Source: Gammaproteobacteria bacterium (GTDB taxonomy: Bacteria; Pseudomonadota; Gammaproteobacteria; Steroidobacterales; Rariloculaceae). From it: 64,000 nt of DNA. Positions within the stretch are counted from its first letter, which is position 1. Every line of letters begins with the position of its first letter. The DNA is taken from positions 47,128 to 111,127 of the forward strand of contig JAJEGN010000004.1 in NCBI GenBank assembly GCA_022819855.1, given 5' to 3'. Under the pieces are notes generated by a model that saw only the letters and a program-made list of their open reading frames with translations, had not been told where the DNA came from and did not search any database. The translations under genes were made by a program, and so were the position numbers. Of this stretch, positions 59,152-64,000 are shown one piece after another.

Positions 59152-60231
59152 ATGGATCGCGCGGACTTTTACTACGAGCTGCCGGCCGGGCTCATCGCTC
59201 AGGCTCCGCTCGAGGAGCGCTCCGCAAGCCGCCTGCTCGTGCTGCGTGAGGAGGCGGTCGAGGACGCGGCGTTCACCGATCTCATCGATTTCCTGCAACC
59301 TTCCGACCTGCTCGTCTTCAACGACACGCGGGTGCTGCCGGCCCGGCTCTTCGGCCGCAAGTCGAGCGGCGGACGCGTCGAGCTGCTGCTCGAGCGGATC
59401 GCCGGGGAGCATTCCGCCCGCGTGCAGATCAGGGCCAGCCGAAGTCCGCGTCCAGGGACGGAGATTTCGCTGCCGGGCGGGGCGTCGCTCGCGGTGGAGC
59501 ACAGGCGGGACAGCATGTTCGACGTCCGTTTCGATCGTCCCGTCGCACCTTATCTGGACCGATATGGCGAGGTGCCGCTGCCCCCCTATATCGACCGCGC
59601 CGCCGTCGCCGCCGACCGTGACCGCTACCAGACCGTCTACGCGCAGGCGCCGGGCGCGGTGGCGGCGCCAACGGCCGGGCTGCACTTCGACCGCGAGCTG
59701 CTCGACGCACTCGAGCGCAAGGGCGTTGGTCAGGCGTACCTGACGCTGCACGTGGGAGCGGGTACGTTCGCCCCGGTCCGCGAACGCCGCATCGAGGACC
59801 ACGAGTTGCATGCCGAGTGGCTGCGGGTACCGGCAAGCCTCTGCGAGCGGATCGAGAGCGTGAAGGCGGCCGGCGGCCGGGTGGTCGCGGTCGGCACGAC
59901 GACCGTGCGAGCGCTCGAGACCGCGGCGCTCGCCGGGCGGCTCGCGCCCTTCGAAGGCGAATCGCAACTCTTCATCTATCCGGGATTCCGCTTTCGCGTC
60001 GTCGATGCGCTCGTCACGAACTTCCACCTCCCGGAGTCGTCGCTGCTCATGCTCGTCGCTGCATTCGCAGGCCACGGCCGGATCATGCGGGCCTACCGGC
60101 ATGCGGTCGAGCAGCGCTACCGCTTCTTCAGCTACGGTGACGCGATGTTCGTGACGCGCTCGGCAGCGCCGCCGCCCAACAGCGCCGGTGGATCGTTGAC
60201 GCGACGTGCGGATCCTTCCAGTGTGCGTTGA
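59152..60231 (+). CDS. queA: S-adenosylmethionine:tRNA ribosyltransferase-isomerase
   Basis: LIAQ.P, VPLPPYI, AAPTAGLHF, LHVGAGTF, TNFHLP.S, FFSYGDAM. Confidence 0.97.
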   Translation: MDRADFYYELPAGLIAQAPLEERSASRLLVLREEAVEDAAFTDLIDFLQPSDLLVFNDTRVLPARLFGRKSSGGRVELLLERIAGEHSARVQIRASRSPRPGTEISLPGGASLAVEHRRDSMFDVRFDRPVAPYLDRYGEVPLPPYIDRAAVAADRDRYQTVYAQAPGAVAAPTAGLHFDRELLDALERKGVGQAYLTLHVGAGTFAPVRERRIEDHELHAEWLRVPASLCERIESVKAAGGRVVAVGTTTVRALETAALAGRLAPFEGESQLFIYPGFRFRVVDALVTNFHLPESSLLMLVAAFAGHGRIMRAYRHAVEQRYRFFSYGDAMFVTRSAAPPPNSAGGSLTRRADPSSVR

Positions 60232-60290
60232 ACTGTCTTGCAGGATCGGGCCGGTGTGCCTTGAGCACGTTGTCGAGGATGGTCCGATGA

Positions 60291-61439
<1,149 letters not shown>

Positions 61440-61580
61440 GCTATGCCATAATACGCGGCCGACCTGGTTCGATTTTCCCCGTTTGGGGCGAGTCGCGCCG
61501 CAGGCGCCGACCCGGCAGCCCAGGGCAGTGTCCCGCGTCGCAGCGGGGCCGGTGAGGCGCCCGCCGACAAGGCGCGAGGA

Positions 61581-62027
61581 GTGAGCATTTTGAACATCTT
61601 GCATCGACGGGCAGCGCAGCCCGGACGGCCTGCCTCGCGGGTCGATCGGCCGTCTTCGGCCCGGACGTTGTTGCCTTTCCGATGGGTGCTCGGAACGGGC
61701 GGTCTGACCGGACTGCTCGTCGACACGGCCTGGGCTCAGCAGGACGGCGGGAACGCGCTCTTCAGCTTTCTTCCGCTCATCGTCATTTTCGTGCTGTTCT
61801 ATTTCCTGCTCATCCGGCCGCAGACGAAGAAGCAGAAGGAACATCGGGTCATGGTCGAAGGGCTCGGCACGGGCGACGAGGTCGTGACCGGCGGCGGGGT
61901 GCTCGGCAAGGTCACGGAGCTCGGCCCTGACTTCGTCACGGTCGAGATTGCCGACAACGTGTCGATCAAGGTGCGCAGGCATACGATCACGGCGGTGATG
62001 CCCAAGGGCACCATGAAGAGCGTCTGA
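61581..62027 (+). CDS. yajC: Preprotein translocase subunit YajC (true start probably downstream of 61581)
   Basis: FYFLLIRPQ.K..KEH, GDEVVTGGG, PKGTMK. Confidence 0.9.
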   Translation: MSILNILHRRAAQPGRPASRVDRPSSARTLLPFRWVLGTGGLTGLLVDTAWAQQDGGNALFSFLPLIVIFVLFYFLLIRPQTKKQKEHRVMVEGLGTGDEVVTGGGVLGKVTELGPDFVTVEIADNVSIKVRRHTITAVMPKGTMKSV

Positions 62028-62122
62028 GCTGCGCCGGAACCGGACCTTGTAATGTCGGACATGGCGCCCAATATGACCTTGAAGAGCGTTTGGCTCGCGC
62101 CTGATCGAAAGGGCTCAATGGC

Positions 62123-64000
62123 ATGAACCGCTATCCTCAATGGCTCAACTGGCTGGTGCTGTTCGTCATCGTGGCGGGCGCGCTGCTGGCCCTGCCGAAC
62201 GTCTACGGCGTCGACAGCGGCGTGCATGTCTCCCGTCCCGACGCCAGTCCGCTACTGGAGTCGACACTGGGCCAGATCGAGACGATCCTCGACGAGGAGG
62301 AGATCGGTTTCGTTTCGGCCGAACTCGAGGAGGACGCGGGGCTCATCCGGTTCGCCAACGAGGCCGATCAGCAGCGCGCCAACGAACTGTTGCGCGAACG
62401 CCTGCCCAATCACATCATTGCCCTGACGCTCGTGCCGCGCACGCCGGGCTGGCTCAGCGCGCTCGGTTTGGAACCGATGAACCTGGGGCTCGACCTGCGC
62501 GGCGGCGTCCATTTCCTCTACCAGGTCGACCTCGACAGCGCGGTCCAGCAGTTTCTGGGCACTTACGAGGCGAGCCTGCGCACGCAGTTGCGCGAGGCCG
62601 GCATCCGCAACCGCGTGCAGGTCGAAGGCGACGCGCTGCTCGTGCCGATCATCGACGGCGGCGATCTCGACGAGGTCGAGCGCATGATCCGCGGGCTCGA
62701 CGAGGTCGGGGCCCTGCAGCTCGTCGACCGGCTCATCGTCGATCGCGTCAACTTCGACGAAGGTCCGGGTTTTCGCGTGCAGCTCGCCGACACGCTGTTG
62801 CGCGAGCGGCAGGATTTCGCGATCCAGCAGAACACGACCACCCTGCGCAACCGGGTCAACGAGCTCGGCGTCGCCGAACCCGTCGTGCAGCGCCAGGGGC
62901 TCGACCGGATACTGATCCAGCTTCCGGGCGTTCAGGATCCCGCGCAGGCCGAGCGCATCCTTGGCGCGACCGCAACGCTCGAGTTCCGCCTCGTCGACAC
63001 GGTGAACAACGCCTACGAGGCCCAGGAACGCGGCCGCGCCCCGCTCGGATCGGAGCTCTACAGCGACACGGCCAGCCTGCCCGTGCTGCTGCGCCGGGAA
63101 GTCATCGTTACGGGCGATCAGATCACGGATGCGACTTCGGGCTACGACCAGGGCCAGCCGGCCGTGTTCGTCAACCTCGACTCGAGCGGTGCGAACCGCA
63201 TGCTCGACACGACCGCGGAGAACCTGGGCCGCCCCATGGCCGTGCTCTTCATCGAGGAGACGCCCGAGCTCGTCGAGCGCAACGGCGAAGAGGTCATCGA
63301 GACCGTATCCGAGGAAACGGTCATCAACCAGGCGACCATCCAGGGCGTATTCTCGAGCCGCTTTCGGATCACCGGCCTCACGCCTTTCGAGGCACAGGAC
63401 CTCGCGCTGCTGCTCAGGGCCGGTGCGCTCGCGACGCCGATCTTCAAGATCGAGGAGCGCACGATTGGACCGAGTCTCGGCCAGGACAACATCAACCAGG
63501 GGCGCCTGGCGATCATCATCGGCTTCCTCGCCGTGGTCGTGTTCATGGCGATCTACTACCGTGTCTTCGGGCTCGTTGCGAACCTGGCGCTCTTTGCGAA
63601 TCTCGTGCTCATCGTGGCCTTGCTGTCGCTGCTGCAGGCGGCGCTGACCTTGCCCGGCATCGCGGGCATCGTGCTGACCGTCGGCATGGCGGTCGACGCC
63701 AACGTGCTGATCTTCGAACGCATCCGCGAGGAGCTCAGAAACGGCAACTCGCCTCAGGCAAGCATACGGGCGGGCTACGAGAAGGCCTTCTCGACGATCG
63801 CCGATGCCAACATCACCACGCTGATCGCCGCGACCGTGCTCTTCACGCTCGGTACGGGGCCGATCAGGGGTTTCGCGGTCACGCTCGGGCTCGGGATCCT
63901 GACGTCGATGTTCACCTCCATCGTCGGCACACGTGCGGTCGTGAACCTCATCTACGGCGGCCGCCACCAGGTGCAGCGCCTCGCCATCGGCGGTAACGTC
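62123..64000 (+). CDS. secD: Protein translocase subunit SecD (runs off the window end; not in ORF track)
   Basis: MNRYPQW start, LGLDLRGGVHFL, RNRVNELGVAEP, GPSLG, LTLPGIAGIVLTVGMAVDANVLIFERIREE. Confidence 0.96.
   Translation, partial: MNRYPQWLNWLVLFVIVAGALLALPNVYGVDSGVHVSRPDASPLLESTLGQIETILDEEEIGFVSAELEEDAGLIRFANEADQQRANELLRERLPNHIIALTLVPRTPGWLSALGLEPMNLGLDLRGGVHFLYQVDLDSAVQQFLGTYEASLRTQLREAGIRNRVQVEGDALLVPIIDGGDLDEVERMIRGLDEVGALQLVDRLIVDRVNFDEGPGFRVQLADTLLRERQDFAIQQNTTTLRNRVNELGVAEPVVQRQGLDRILIQLPGVQDPAQAERILGATATLEFRLVDTVNNAYEAQERGRAPLGSELYSDTASLPVLLRREVIVTGDQITDATSGYDQGQPAVFVNLDSSGANRMLDTTAENLGRPMAVLFIEETPELVERNGEEVIETVSEETVINQATIQGVFSSRFRITGLTPFEAQDLALLLRAGALATPIFKIEERTIGPSLGQDNINQGRLAIIIGFLAVVVFMAIYYRVFGLVANLALFANLVLIVALLSLLQAALTLPGIAGIVLTVGMAVDANVLIFERIREELRNGNSPQASIRAGYEKAFSTIADANITTLIAATVLFTLGTGPIRGFAVTLGLGILTSMFTSIVGTRAVVNLIYGGRHQVQRLAIGGNV

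Noticed and set aside
62140-63996. 618-aa plus-strand ORF as the last gene
   Set aside because: Arg/Pro-rich wrong frame; SecD is in the frame starting at 62123 and runs off the window.

Overview
GC-rich bacterial chromosome segment, probably from a gammaproteobacterium (inferred from xerD-dsbC and tRNA-Leu/queA-tgt-yajC-secD synteny). It holds about 55 genes, and I found no CRISPR array, transposase or phage genes. Main content: (i) an RND efflux pair and several Tat- or Sec-exported enzymes; (ii) two loci pairing DUF6152-type His-His proteins with an uncharacterised secreted Cys-pair family (G-x-W-[DE]-G-D-T-L-V-V), of which five paralogues occur here; (iii) a mosaic polyhydroxyalkanoate (PHA) cluster: an actinobacterial-type XRE regulator, an acyl-CoA ligase fused to two FCD domains, a phasin-like protein, a very small PhaE/PhaR-like subunit, class III-type PhaC and a Pseudomonas-type PhaZ; (iv) a cyclase / Tat flavoprotein / TonB-dependent receptor module; (v) vapBC with a clear promoter-operator, next to a fused sensor kinase-response regulator; (vi) housekeeping genes; (vii) a lower-GC, integrase-less islet at the 3' end of tRNA-Leu(CAA). 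Two non-genic patterns recur: diverged tandem copies of gene 3' ends, and apparently leaderless promoters. All family calls come from motif recognition by eye, not database searches.
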